From Alphaproteobacteria bacterium (GTDB taxonomy: Bacteria; Pseudomonadota; Alphaproteobacteria; JAQWUY01): 64,000 nucleotides of DNA. Shown one piece after another: positions 46,557-56,514 of the stretch. Within the stretch, counting starts at the first letter, position 1. Every line of letters begins with the position of its first letter. The notes under the pieces were generated by a model, which made no database searches, was not told where the DNA came from, and was given only the letters and a program-made list of their open reading frames with translations. The stretch lies in assembly GCA_965232465.1 (NCBI GenBank), contig OZ246977.1:66829-130828 (forward strand), read 5' to 3'. The position numbers and the translations under genes were made by a program.

Positions 46557-48095
46557 ATGTTATCTGAAAAAATGGGGACGCATTCAGCGTTTAGCAATCA
46601 AGTATTTATAAATTTGACTGATTCTGAATTGGCACAACATGCACAGGATCAAGATATGGTACATATTTCCAAACATGGTGCGGTTGTTGCCAGCACAGGA
46701 CAATACACAGGAAGGGCTGTCGAAAACCGATTTATCGTCCGCACCCATACAAGTGATGATGTGGATTTTGGTTACAGAAACCTGCCATTTCCACAAGCTG
46801 AATTTGATGCGGTATACAATGCGGTTTATACGCATTTGACAAGTGCTGTCCCAAAAGTATATGTGCAAAACAGCCGGGTTGGGGCGGATATACAGTACAG
46901 CATGAATGTGCAATTTATGTCCGATAGCCCTTGGCACACTTTGTTTACAAAAAATATGTTTATTGATATTTCTGCGGATGATTTGGATATGTTCCGGGCG
47001 GAATTTACCATATGTCATGCCCCATTTTTTAATCCACAGCCCTATGCGGACAGTTTGCCAAATAAAGCCTGTGTGTTACTTAACTTACAACAAAAAATTA
47101 TTGTTATTGCCGGCACCGAATACGCAGGGGAAATTAAAAAATCCATGTTTTCTGTGATGAATTATATGTTGCCAAAATGTGATGTATTACCCATGCACTG
47201 TTCGGCAAATATGGGTAAAGATGGGGATACGGCAATTTTCTTTGGGCTAAGCGGTACGGGTAAAACCACTTTGTCGGCGGATGCGAACCGAATTTTAATT
47301 GGGGATGATGAACACGGTTGGACGAATGATAATACAGTGTTTAACATAGAAGGTGGATGTTATGCTAAGGCTATTGGCATTACCGCCGATAGTGAACCGG
47401 AAATTTTTGCCACCACAGAAATGAAAAATACTGTATTGGAAAATGTTATATTGGACGATAAGGGTGTACCCGATTTCGAAGACACGACATTGACCAAAAA
47501 TACCCGTATTTCGTATCCGATTCATTTTATTCCCAATGCGTCGGAAACAGGTGTGGGGGGGATACCAAAAAATATTATTATGCTGACCTGTGATGCGTTC
47601 GGGGTATTGCCCCCTGTGTCGAGGTTGACGGCGGCACAGGCAAATTACCAATTCTTAAATGGATATACGTCGAAGGTTGCGGGCACAGAAGTCGGTATCG
47701 ATACACCCGAAGCCACATTTTCCACTTGTTTTGGGGCACCCTTTATGCCCCTGCGTCCCTCTGTGTATGGGGATATGTTAGCGGAAAAAATCCGTACCCA
47801 CAATGTGGATTGTTGGTTGGTAAATACCGGTTGGATTGGCGGTGCATATGGTACAGGTAAGCGTATATCGTTAAAATATACAAGGGCGATTGTGGCGGCT
47901 ATTTTAAACGGTACTTTAAAACAGGTTGCCACTGCAACTGATTCTGTGTTTGGGCTTGCCATACCAACCGCATGTGAAAATGTACCTTCCGATGTGTTAA
48001 CCCCCGAAAACCTGTGGACGGATAAAGACGCATACACAGAATCCGCACAACGATTATTACAAATGTTTGAAGAAAATTATAAAAAGTATGTGTAA
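46557..48095 (+). CDS. pckA: Phosphoenolpyruvate carboxykinase (ATP)
   Basis: The ORF is open from 46515; the start is probably MLSEKMG (46557). Motifs are GRAVENRFIV, the kinase-1a GLSGTGKTTLSAD, IGDDEHGW, GGCYAK and NTGWIGG.YG.GKRISLK.TRAIV. Confidence 0.93.
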   Translation: MLSEKMGTHSAFSNQVFINLTDSELAQHAQDQDMVHISKHGAVVASTGQYTGRAVENRFIVRTHTSDDVDFGYRNLPFPQAEFDAVYNAVYTHLTSAVPKVYVQNSRVGADIQYSMNVQFMSDSPWHTLFTKNMFIDISADDLDMFRAEFTICHAPFFNPQPYADSLPNKACVLLNLQQKIIVIAGTEYAGEIKKSMFSVMNYMLPKCDVLPMHCSANMGKDGDTAIFFGLSGTGKTTLSADANRILIGDDEHGWTNDNTVFNIEGGCYAKAIGITADSEPEIFATTEMKNTVLENVILDDKGVPDFEDTTLTKNTRISYPIHFIPNASETGVGGIPKNIIMLTCDAFGVLPPVSRLTAAQANYQFLNGYTSKVAGTEVGIDTPEATFSTCFGAPFMPLRPSVYGDMLAEKIRTHNVDCWLVNTGWIGGAYGTGKRISLKYTRAIVAAILNGTLKQVATATDSVFGLAIPTACENVPSDVLTPENLWTDKDAYTESAQRLLQMFEENYKKYV

Positions 48096-48282
48096 CACAT
48101 CCATTTTTTACTTTACAGGGCTTAGGCTATAATTGTGGAGACCTTAAAAACTAGGTAGCGGGCTCATAAAATTCGCACCATAGTCTGATTGAAGCTATTT
48201 TAATCATAGCCATGTATGCCATTTGTTGCCAGTAAGGTTTTATCAGACAGCATATCCCATAAATGTGTATGTGTTATTATCC

Positions 48283-49557
48283 TTATTTTGAAAGGGTTAC
48301 TAAACAGGTTTCCAAAATATCCAACGCTTCGTCAAACACACTCTGTTCGATGGTTAGGGGGGCAAGGAATCGTATTACATTGCCATAGGTACCACAAGTT
48401 AGCAAAATCAAATTACGGTGCAATGCTTCCATGCGTATACGATTGGCAAAATCTGCATCAGGGACATTGGTGGTAGGGTCGTTAAATTCCACCGCAACCA
48501 TCATGCCCGCACCCCGCACTTCTGCAATGTGAGGTACCCGGGATTGTACACTTTGCAATCTTTGTAGTAGCACATTGCCAAATGTGGTTGCCCGTTCGCA
48601 TAAATTATCGTTCTCGATAATATCTAATACCGCATGAGCAGCGGCGATGCCAAGGGGATTACCCCCGAAAGTACCGCCCAAACCCCCGGTGGAAGGGGCA
48701 TCCATCAATTCCGCCCGCCCTGTGACCGCTGATAATGGAATGCCACCAGACAACCCCTTTGCCATGGTGGTCAAATCTGCCTGTACAGGATACTGTTCCA
48801 TAGCAAACAAAGTACCTGTGCGGGCAAAACCAGTTTGGATTTCGTCAGCTATCATCACAATACCATGTGTGTTACACAGTTTACGAATAGCTCTTACAAA
48901 ATCCGCAGGGGCTTGATAAAAACCCCCTTCCCCTTGTATGGGTTCAAAAAGTATTGCCGCCACTTGGCTGGCACCTATGGTTGTTTTAAATAATTGCTCA
49001 ATGGCATTTATGGAATCTTCGGTGGTTACACCTCTTAGGGCAACAGGATATGGCACATGGTATATGTGGGGCATCATGGCACCAAAATCTTTTTTATATG
49101 GGACCACTTTACCCGTTAAACTCATACCCATAAATGTGCGACCATGGAATCCACCGCTAAACGCAATTACACCATTACGACCAGTGGCACAGCGTGCGAT
49201 TTTAATAGCATTTTCCACCGCCTCTGCCCCGGTGGTAGCAAACATGGTTTTCTTTTCAAAATTCCCTGGTACGGATGCATTCAACCGTTCCGCTAACTGT
49301 ACATAATTTTCATAAGGTACAACTTGGTGGCAGGTGTGGGTAAAGTTGTCTAGTTGCTGTTTTACCGCATCGATCACTTGTGTATTACAGTGTCCCGTAT
49401 TGACCACGGCTATGCCGCCGGCAAAATCGATATAACGGTTACCTTCCACATCCCAAATCTCTGCATTTTTTGCCGATTGCACATACACTTGTGTCATCAT
49501 ACCTACACTAGCGGAAAGTGCTTTGTTTTTGCGTACTGAAATCTCTGTATTTTTCAT
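48283..49557 (-). CDS. gabT: 4-aminobutyrate (GABA) aminotransferase, class III
   Basis: 424 aa with GGIAVVNTGH, ATTGAEAVENAIKIAR, FSGGFHGRT, EPIQGEGGF, IADEIQTGFARTG and TMAKGL.GG.PLS. Confidence 0.85.
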   Translation of the reverse strand: MKNTEISVRKNKALSASVGMMTQVYVQSAKNAEIWDVEGNRYIDFAGGIAVVNTGHCNTQVIDAVKQQLDNFTHTCHQVVPYENYVQLAERLNASVPGNFEKKTMFATTGAEAVENAIKIARCATGRNGVIAFSGGFHGRTFMGMSLTGKVVPYKKDFGAMMPHIYHVPYPVALRGVTTEDSINAIEQLFKTTIGASQVAAILFEPIQGEGGFYQAPADFVRAIRKLCNTHGIVMIADEIQTGFARTGTLFAMEQYPVQADLTTMAKGLSGGIPLSAVTGRAELMDAPSTGGLGGTFGGNPLGIAAAHAVLDIIENDNLCERATTFGNVLLQRLQSVQSRVPHIAEVRGAGMMVAVEFNDPTTNVPDADFANRIRMEALHRNLILLTCGTYGNVIRFLAPLTIEQSVFDEALDILETCLVTLSK

Positions 49558-49650
49558 TTTATATCCCTTTTAATGTTAAACATTCCCACACAGGTCGTGT
49601 CCTCAAAGACACGGCACCTGTTATTATTGAAAAGATTATAGTCGTATTTT

Positions 49651-50631
49651 TTATGTGTTTATAAGCTGTCGTACCTTATTTAGCATGGTTTGTCTGCGCT
49701 GTCGACTTTCCAAGGCTTCATCCATGGTAACGGATATAAACTGTATGGTACGGTTGGGCTGTAATTGTCCAATGTAATCCATATCAGATGATATGACACA
49801 GCCCACTGTGAAAAAGCCCCCACCAGAAACCGCATCACGGTGCAATACAATGGGTGAAGTTCCCCCTGGAATTTGAATCGATCCATATGGATAACAGCTG
49901 TCGACAATATTAGATGGATCTGAACCCGCCCCAAACGGCTGTTCCCGTTCAACAAATTCTATGGGTGTTCCCCCATTAAAGCGGTATCCGATACGGTCAA
50001 CCTCTGAACCAACTGTCCAAATATCCGCAAAAAATTGTTGTTGGGCTTGTTGGGTCAAACGGTGCCAATATAACCCCGATAACACTTGAATTTCCGCATT
50101 ATTACCAACCTGCCGTCTTAGGTTTTCAGGCACTGATGTACCCAATACCACATCCCTTTTAATTTCTGTGCCAATGGGCAATGTATCCCCGTCTTTTAGT
50201 AACCGACCTCGATGACCGCCCAATGCCCCAAGGGCATAAGTGGCACGAGACCCCAAAACAATCGGCACATCAACACCGCCCGATATGGCAAGGTATGCCC
50301 TTGCCCCTGATTTCACAAAATCAAACGACAAGGTGTCCCCTTTTTTGATGGCAAGGGTTGTCCATATGGGGTGTAATTCACCATTAATCTTGGGGGCAAT
50401 ATTTCCCCCCGTTACAGCGATTTTTGCATGGACATTGAAAAGTATTTCTGGACCCATAAAGGTTATTTCCAAACCCGCATGATTATCAGGGTTACCCACC
50501 AACAGGTTGGCAATTAACATGGCATACCTGTCCATAGCACCCGATTGGGGAATGCCCAAGTGGTAATATCCTTCCCGCCCCAAATCCTGTACAGCTGTGG
50601 CGATGCCCGCTTTTATGATATTAATTGACAT
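49651..50631 (-). CDS. pxpC: 5-oxoprolinase subunit C-like / KipA (allophanate hydrolase subunit 2) family
   Basis: 326 aa with AGIATAVQDLGR.GY...G.P.SGAMD and a cyclophilin-like C-terminal region. It overlaps the preceding gene by 11 nt. Confidence 0.8.
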   Translation of the reverse strand: MSINIIKAGIATAVQDLGREGYYHLGIPQSGAMDRYAMLIANLLVGNPDNHAGLEITFMGPEILFNVHAKIAVTGGNIAPKINGELHPIWTTLAIKKGDTLSFDFVKSGARAYLAISGGVDVPIVLGSRATYALGALGGHRGRLLKDGDTLPIGTEIKRDVVLGTSVPENLRRQVGNNAEIQVLSGLYWHRLTQQAQQQFFADIWTVGSEVDRIGYRFNGGTPIEFVEREQPFGAGSDPSNIVDSCYPYGSIQIPGGTSPIVLHRDAVSGGGFFTVGCVISSDMDYIGQLQPNRTIQFISVTMDEALESRQRRQTMLNKVRQLINT

Positions 50632-51499
50632 GAAGAGCCTCCTTTAATTGTGTATTATATGCGTACATATCTTGTTTAAATGTATCCAATGAGAATGACA
50701 CTTGTTTTACATTGGGGGTGTAGGTGCTTGCCTCCACTTGTGCCACAATGTTGTCATATTCCGCACGGTCAATAGGGGTAAATTTGACAATATCCCCCGG
50801 TTTAAAGAAAATCATAAAGTCTCGTAGGTATTTGACTTGTTGACTGGGGTCATAAATGGGCATTGGGGTTACCCCAAACATTTGATACCCACCGGCACCC
50901 CGCACAGAATATACAGCGGTGAAACACCCCCCATATCCAACGGTCAGCTTGGGCGTATCTGTGCGGGGGCTTAAATACTTGGGGACTTCCAACTGTTTTT
51001 CCCGCCCCACCATTTGATACATAAATGGCAACCCCGCAACAAATCCCACCATGGTCACAAACCAAGGATTTTCGTGATGGGCTTTGATAAAGTCTTCGTC
51101 ACTGTCAAAGCCATTGATTTTTGCCGCATAATCCAGATCTGTACCCGTGGGGTCTTGGTGGCGTTCCCGAAAACGCATCAAAGTCTCGTGTGTCCATGGG
51201 TCTTTGTAATACACTGGCATTTCAATAATGCGGGTGTCCAGTTCCGTGCGAATATCCCCCAGAGAATTTTCCACTTCCTTAATAGTGCTTAGCATATCGT
51301 TAGGGGGTATAATATCTGGGTTAAACCGCACTTGAAACGATGCGTTTGCTGCACATATTTCAGTGACTCCATCAATGTTCATGGACTGTAATTTTTTGGT
51401 AATTGACAATCCCTTAAAAAAGGCTTCCAACGACATATCTTCGCCAATTTGCACCAAAATATGTTCGTCACCGCCGTGTGTGTATCGTGTTTTCATCAT
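50621..51499 (-). CDS. pxpB: 5-oxoprolinase subunit B-like / KipI (allophanate hydrolase subunit 1) family
   Basis: 292 aa. The family call rests on a KipI-like pattern and its position before the KipA-type gene. It has a 4-nt ATGA overlap with the biotin carboxylase gene. Confidence 0.7.
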   Translation of the reverse strand: MMKTRYTHGGDEHILVQIGEDMSLEAFFKGLSITKKLQSMNIDGVTEICAANASFQVRFNPDIIPPNDMLSTIKEVENSLGDIRTELDTRIIEMPVYYKDPWTHETLMRFRERHQDPTGTDLDYAAKINGFDSDEDFIKAHHENPWFVTMVGFVAGLPFMYQMVGREKQLEVPKYLSPRTDTPKLTVGYGGCFTAVYSVRGAGGYQMFGVTPMPIYDPSQQVKYLRDFMIFFKPGDIVKFTPIDRAEYDNIVAQVEASTYTPNVKQVSFSLDTFKQDMYAYNTQLKEALHVN

Positions 51500-52881
51500 G
51501 CACCTGCCTGTTTAATTTGTGTTGTTACATCTGCGTTTTGTAACCAGTTTTCTAGCCAACTGGTATCAAACGTCCCTTGTTGTACGGCGGGGCAATCCAC
51601 CAAGACCTTAAATAAGGGTTTTGTATGTATTAGCCCCCCGATTTGTAATTCTTGTAATGCCCGTTTCATACGGATAATTGCCTTGGTACGATCTTCGTCC
51701 CAGACAATCAATTTACCAACCATCGAATCATAAAATGGCGGAACGGTATACCCCGCATATAACGCAGTATCAAACCGTACACCAAAGCCAGCCGGCATTT
51801 GTATGTGTGATACAGTCCCCGGGAATGGCATAAAGTGCATTGCCGCATTTTCGGCATTGATACGCACTTCAATAGCATGGCCTTTGGGCGTAATATCCGC
51901 CTGATTCAGTGATAATGATGTGCCATTGGCAATTTTTATCATTTCCCGAATTAAATCCACCTGTGTTATCATTTCTGTAACAGGGTGTTCCACCTGAATA
52001 CGGGTGTTCATTTCAATGAAATAGAAATTTTGGGTAACATCATCATATAAAAATTCTATGGTACCCGCCCCCTTGTAGTTTACATGTCGGGCTAAGTCCA
52101 CCGCCGACTGTTGGATTTTTTGCCGTACTGCGTCTGGCAGTAGGCTGGCGGGGGCTTCTTCCCACACCTTTTGTCGGGAGCGTTGCAATGAACAATCCCG
52201 CTCATAAAAGTGTAAATACTTTTGTCCATCCCCCAAGATTTGGATTTCAATGTGACGGCATTTTTGGATGTACTTTTCAATATACACCCCCCCATCCCCA
52301 AAGGCAGATAGGGCTTCTGTACTGGAGTGTTGAGCGGATTTTTCAAAATTTTCCACACAATCAACAATACGAATACCCTTGCCCCCGCCACCTGCAACAG
52401 CCTTAATCATCAGCGGATAGCCAACAGTGTCAGCAATTTTTTTCGCTTCATCCAAATCATCAATGCGACCGTCACTGCCGGGAACGGTGGGTACACCTGC
52501 TTGTGTGGCAATAATTCTGGCACTGACCTTGTCACCCATTTGGTTAATAATATCCCCCGATGGACCAATAAATATAAGCCCCGCATCCACGACTGCATCG
52601 GCAAAATCGGCATTTTCCGCCAAAAATCCATACCCAGGGTGAATGGCATCAGCCCCTGTTTGTTTGGCAGCATCAATAATTTTATCCATACGCAAATATG
52701 ATTTTATCGATTGTGGTTCCCCAATATGTATGGTTTCGTCCGCCATTTTAACCGCCAACGATTCCGCATCCGCATCACTGAACACTTGCACAGTTTTTAT
52801 GTTCAGTTCCTGTGCCGCACGGATAATCCGCACCGCAATTTCCCCACGATTGGCAATCAATAATTTTTTAATATTTTCCAT
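51496..52881 (-). CDS. Biotin carboxylase (AccC-like ATP-grasp subunit)
   Basis: 461 aa with LLIANRGEIAVRIIRA, IHPGYGFLAEN, MIKAVAGGGGKGIR, ERDCSLQRSRQKVWEEAP and IEMNTRIQVEHPVTE. Confidence 0.92.
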   Translation of the reverse strand: MENIKKLLIANRGEIAVRIIRAAQELNIKTVQVFSDADAESLAVKMADETIHIGEPQSIKSYLRMDKIIDAAKQTGADAIHPGYGFLAENADFADAVVDAGLIFIGPSGDIINQMGDKVSARIIATQAGVPTVPGSDGRIDDLDEAKKIADTVGYPLMIKAVAGGGGKGIRIVDCVENFEKSAQHSSTEALSAFGDGGVYIEKYIQKCRHIEIQILGDGQKYLHFYERDCSLQRSRQKVWEEAPASLLPDAVRQKIQQSAVDLARHVNYKGAGTIEFLYDDVTQNFYFIEMNTRIQVEHPVTEMITQVDLIREMIKIANGTSLSLNQADITPKGHAIEVRINAENAAMHFMPFPGTVSHIQMPAGFGVRFDTALYAGYTVPPFYDSMVGKLIVWDEDRTKAIIRMKRALQELQIGGLIHTKPLFKVLVDCPAVQQGTFDTSWLENWLQNADVTTQIKQAGA

Positions 52882-52907
52882 ATTATTTCCCCTTCAATGT
52901 GCTGGTA

Positions 52908-53147
52908 TTATTCAAGTTCCAACAACGCATCACCGGGGTTTACAGCAGTGTTATCGTCCACGAGGAATTGTTTAATTATACCCTCTTTGTCCGCCTGGAT
53001 TTCGTGGAAAGATTTCATAATTTCCATAACGCCAATCACATCGCCCTGTTGTACCGTATCCCCGTGGTTTTTATAAGGGTCTGCATCGGGGGAAGGTTTG
53101 CGATAAAATGTACCAGGTAACGGGCTTAGTATGTGTTTTTCACTCAT
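52908..53147 (-). CDS. Biotin carboxyl carrier protein, biotinyl domain only (79 aa)
   Basis: GDVIGVMEIMKSFHEIQADKEGIIKQFLV.DNTAVNPGDALLELE, with the biotinyl-lysine in an E-x-M-K motif. Confidence 0.85.
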   Translation of the reverse strand: MSEKHILSPLPGTFYRKPSPDADPYKNHGDTVQQGDVIGVMEIMKSFHEIQADKEGIIKQFLVDDNTAVNPGDALLELE

Positions 53148-53160
53148 AGTATTTTCTCCT

Positions 53161-53889
53161 TTAATTGTGTAAGTATTGTTTCATGACTTGGTTAATAGAC
53201 ATTAATACATTGGGTGCATTCGGTGTGTCAGAATGCACACAAATAGTTTCCGCTTTTACGGGTACAAAGACATCTGTTATGCTTTTTACCCGCCCCTGTT
53301 CCACCGCCAACAAACATTTTTCTGCCAACAGCATGGGGTCTTCGGTTTTATGGTGACGGCTAATAATGATATTGCTGTTATCATCATAATCTAGGTCGGC
53401 GAAAAATTCCGCCTTAAACGCTATGTTTCGCTGTAAACAGACTTTTTCTATGATTGTGTTACTTAACCCAAACACAGGTACTTGGTACATTTTTGCCACA
53501 TCTGCAATCGCTTCGGCAATATGTTGTTGCTTTGATGCCATACCATACAAAGACCCATGGGCTTTTAGGTGCGACAACGGCATATCATGATGCTTTAAAA
53601 ATCCGCTTAATGCCCCCACTTGGTACAAAATAATATTAAAAATCTCTTCTTTGTTTATTTTCATTTCCCGCCTGCCAAAGCCCATTAAATCGGGTAAGGA
53701 AAAATGTGCCCCAACCCGTACATTATGTTGTTTGGCAAGGGCAACAGTTGTATACATCCAATTCGGATCAGACGCATGAAATCCACAGGCAATATTCGCA
53801 TCAGTTATCAAAGGCATGATTTTTTCGTCATCCCCCAATTGGTATATGCCGAAGCTTTCGCCCATATCGCAATTTATACTTAATGACAT
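53161..53889 (-). CDS. pxpA: LamB/YcsF-family protein (5-oxoprolinase subunit A-like)
   Basis: 242 aa with INCDMGESFG, ANIACGFHASDP, GAHFSLPDLMGFGRR and LKAHGSLY. Confidence 0.88.
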   Translation of the reverse strand: MSLSINCDMGESFGIYQLGDDEKIMPLITDANIACGFHASDPNWMYTTVALAKQHNVRVGAHFSLPDLMGFGRREMKINKEEIFNIILYQVGALSGFLKHHDMPLSHLKAHGSLYGMASKQQHIAEAIADVAKMYQVPVFGLSNTIIEKVCLQRNIAFKAEFFADLDYDDNSNIIISRHHKTEDPMLLAEKCLLAVEQGRVKSITDVFVPVKAETICVHSDTPNAPNVLMSINQVMKQYLHN

Positions 53890-53946
53890 TGTTTTCTCCT
53901 TAATATAGTTTTTTTATGGGTGTCGTTTATACATTATAAAATATGT

Positions 53947-54942
53947 TTAACTTTGAATATCAGCGGCAACCCTTAAACGGATTCTGTCGACTATAACAGC
54001 AAAAATCAAAATAATCCCCAGTACAACAATTTGTAAGTACGACTCGATACGGGCTAAGTTCATGCCATTTTGTACCAAGCCAATAAAGAATGCCCCTAAG
54101 ACAACATTTTCTATACGACCAACGCCGCCCCGCAAACTGACACCCGCAATAACGCAAGCAGCAATGGATTCAAGTGGCATTGATGTCCCGATGTTCGCCT
54201 CGCCTGTGTCCAACCGTGCAGTCAGCAAAATACCAGCAATAGCGGTAATTGATGCCACAATAAAATATGCTAAAAACAAAATTCCTTTGGTGTTAATCCC
54301 CGATAATTCCGCCGCCTTACGATTGCCCCCAACCGCATAAAAATACCGTCCCATCGCCGTATGATTTAACAGTAAATATAAGCCAATTGCCACACATACC
54401 ATCACCACAACAGGGGCAGGGATACCCATAAAATCCCCAAATCCGAATATATCAGCAAATGCCGTTGGCATACCATATACAGGCGATCCCCCTGTAATAT
54501 ATAATGCCAAACCAAAGCCCACGGACGAAATACCTAGTGTCATCATAAATGGGGATACATCAAACAACGATACGCCGATGCCGTTAATTGCCCCGATAAT
54601 CATACCAACACCGATACCTGCCATGACACCTAGTACAATCACCACCCATACAGATTCAGGCATCATGCCATATAAAACCGCCATTACCAATGCACTTATG
54701 ACCGAAGAAAAGGCGACTATGGTTCCCACAGATAAATCAAACCCACCCGTTAACAAGGCAAACATCTGTCCCATGGACACCAAAATTAAAAATGACGATT
54801 GTCGTATTACATTGACAAAGTTTTTTACCGTCAAAAAGTTATCAGATATGGCGGCAAATATAGCAACTGACACTACCAATAATAATGGCAAAACCCCCAT
54901 TTTCACAAAAATAGATTTTGCCATGTACATTATTTTTTTCAT
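53947..54942 (-). CDS. ABC transporter permease (RbsC/CUT2-type)
   Basis: 331 aa with about 9-10 TM segments and the branched-chain/ribose permease pattern (GGFDLSVG, GGNRKAAELSGIN). Confidence 0.85.
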   Translation of the reverse strand: MKKIMYMAKSIFVKMGVLPLLLVVSVAIFAAISDNFLTVKNFVNVIRQSSFLILVSMGQMFALLTGGFDLSVGTIVAFSSVISALVMAVLYGMMPESVWVVIVLGVMAGIGVGMIIGAINGIGVSLFDVSPFMMTLGISSVGFGLALYITGGSPVYGMPTAFADIFGFGDFMGIPAPVVVMVCVAIGLYLLLNHTAMGRYFYAVGGNRKAAELSGINTKGILFLAYFIVASITAIAGILLTARLDTGEANIGTSMPLESIAACVIAGVSLRGGVGRIENVVLGAFFIGLVQNGMNLARIESYLQIVVLGIILIFAVIVDRIRLRVAADIQS

Positions 54943-54960
54943 TTTTTATATTTCCTATTA

Positions 54961-56502
54961 TCAATCAAAGAAGTTAAGTAATACATTTTCTTGTGTAATG
55001 TCTGTGCCTGTAAGTTCTGTTTTTAGTGTTCCCCCTTGCATTACATACAAACGGTGGCTTAAATTAACAACCTCTGGTAAATCAGAGGACACAATGACAA
55101 TGCCCGCCCCTTTTGCACATAAATTGCCAATAAATTTGTAAATTTCCGCCCGGGTTTTTACATCTACGCCAACTGTAGGTTCATCAAATACATATAAATC
55201 GATATCTTGTATTAACGATTTTGCCAGCATTACTTTTTGCTGATTACCCCCGGAAAACGCCTGCACAGTATGCTCTATTTTTAAGGGGAACACATTAAAC
55301 AAAGACGCCAAACGGTGGGCTTCGGTTTTTTCCTTGCCTTTGTCAAGCATTTTCATTTTTTTAAATGTAGGGAGGCGTAATGCGGACATGGTGATATTTT
55401 CCCGACAATTTAAGTGCATCACTAAGCCTTCGGTTTTACGATTTGATGGGGAATAGAAAAATCCCTGTTCGATCATTTTTTTGGAATGGAAATGGGTTAC
55501 TTTTTGCCCTTTAAAAAATATCTCGCCCGATTCGATGTTTTCCAGACCAAAGCAACACCGAAGTAATTTTGACTTACCTGCCCCAACCAATCCCGCCAGT
55601 CCCACAATTTCACCCGCCCTTACGGTAATAGAAGTATTTCGTACCCGATTATCTTTGGTGGTGATGTTATCAATGGATAACAAGGTTTGTCCTGGATTAT
55701 ATGGTATATGCGGATATGTTTTATCCAAATATTCACCCGTCATGAGGGCAACTAAATCTGCCTCCGTCACATCTTGGGCAGTGACTGTGTCGATATACTT
55801 GCCATCCCGTAATACGGTAACTTTATCGGCAATGCGTCTGATTTCCGCCATACGGTGGGTAATATAGACAATACCAATACCTTGTTCCTGTGCGGTTTTT
55901 ATCAATTCGAACAAACGGTCAATTTCCCGCTCAGTCAGGGATGCGGTCGGTTCGTCCAATATTAAGACCGATACATCACTGCTAAATGCCTTGGCAATTT
56001 CAACCATTTGCTGATTTGCCCGTGATAAGTATTTCACCTTAGTTTTTGGATTTAAGGCAAAATCCAATTTCTTTAATACTTTTTTCGATTCATTGTGTAA
56101 TTTTTTTTTGTTTAAAATACCATATTGGGTATGTTCTTGTCCCAAAAATATGTTTTGTTCAACGCTAAGTTCTTCGACCAAAGAAAATTCTTGGAATACG
56201 GCACTAATGCCCAGTTGTTTCGCATGGTGTACGGATGTGAGTTTTATATTTTCACCCTTAAAAAACATATCCCCAGCTGAGGGTTGATATACACCGCATA
56301 TGGTGGAAATCATCGTTGATTTACCCGCACCATTTTCCCCAAATAACACATGTACCTCGCCCGCCCGCAAAATAAACGACACATTGTCAAGGGCTTTGAC
56401 GCCAGGAAAAGTCTTGATAATATTTTTCATTTCCAACAGGGGGGAACCAATTTCTTGGTTCCCACCAGTTGCAGAGGTATGATGTATAGCAGATATATTC
56501 AT
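54961..56502 (-). CDS. ABC transporter ATP-binding protein with duplicated ATPase domains (RbsA/CUT2-type)
   Basis: 513 aa. Walker A is GENGAGKST, with LSRANQQMVEIAKA and LILDEPTASL. The second domain has GLVGAGKS and FSGGNQQKVMLAKSL. Confidence 0.9.
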   Translation of the reverse strand: MNISAIHHTSATGGNQEIGSPLLEMKNIIKTFPGVKALDNVSFILRAGEVHVLFGENGAGKSTMISTICGVYQPSAGDMFFKGENIKLTSVHHAKQLGISAVFQEFSLVEELSVEQNIFLGQEHTQYGILNKKKLHNESKKVLKKLDFALNPKTKVKYLSRANQQMVEIAKAFSSDVSVLILDEPTASLTEREIDRLFELIKTAQEQGIGIVYITHRMAEIRRIADKVTVLRDGKYIDTVTAQDVTEADLVALMTGEYLDKTYPHIPYNPGQTLLSIDNITTKDNRVRNTSITVRAGEIVGLAGLVGAGKSKLLRCCFGLENIESGEIFFKGQKVTHFHSKKMIEQGFFYSPSNRKTEGLVMHLNCRENITMSALRLPTFKKMKMLDKGKEKTEAHRLASLFNVFPLKIEHTVQAFSGGNQQKVMLAKSLIQDIDLYVFDEPTVGVDVKTRAEIYKFIGNLCAKGAGIVIVSSDLPEVVNLSHRLYVMQGGTLKTELTGTDITQENVLLNFFD

Positions 56503-56514
56503 TAATACGAATCT

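Noticed and set aside
48096-48282. Possible small RNA or tRNA-like element between convergent pckA and gabT (ggctat...atagcc pairing about 100 nt apart)
   Set aside because: There is no tRNA T-loop or anticodon architecture, the pairing is short, and there is no promoter or terminator signature. The evidence is insufficient.
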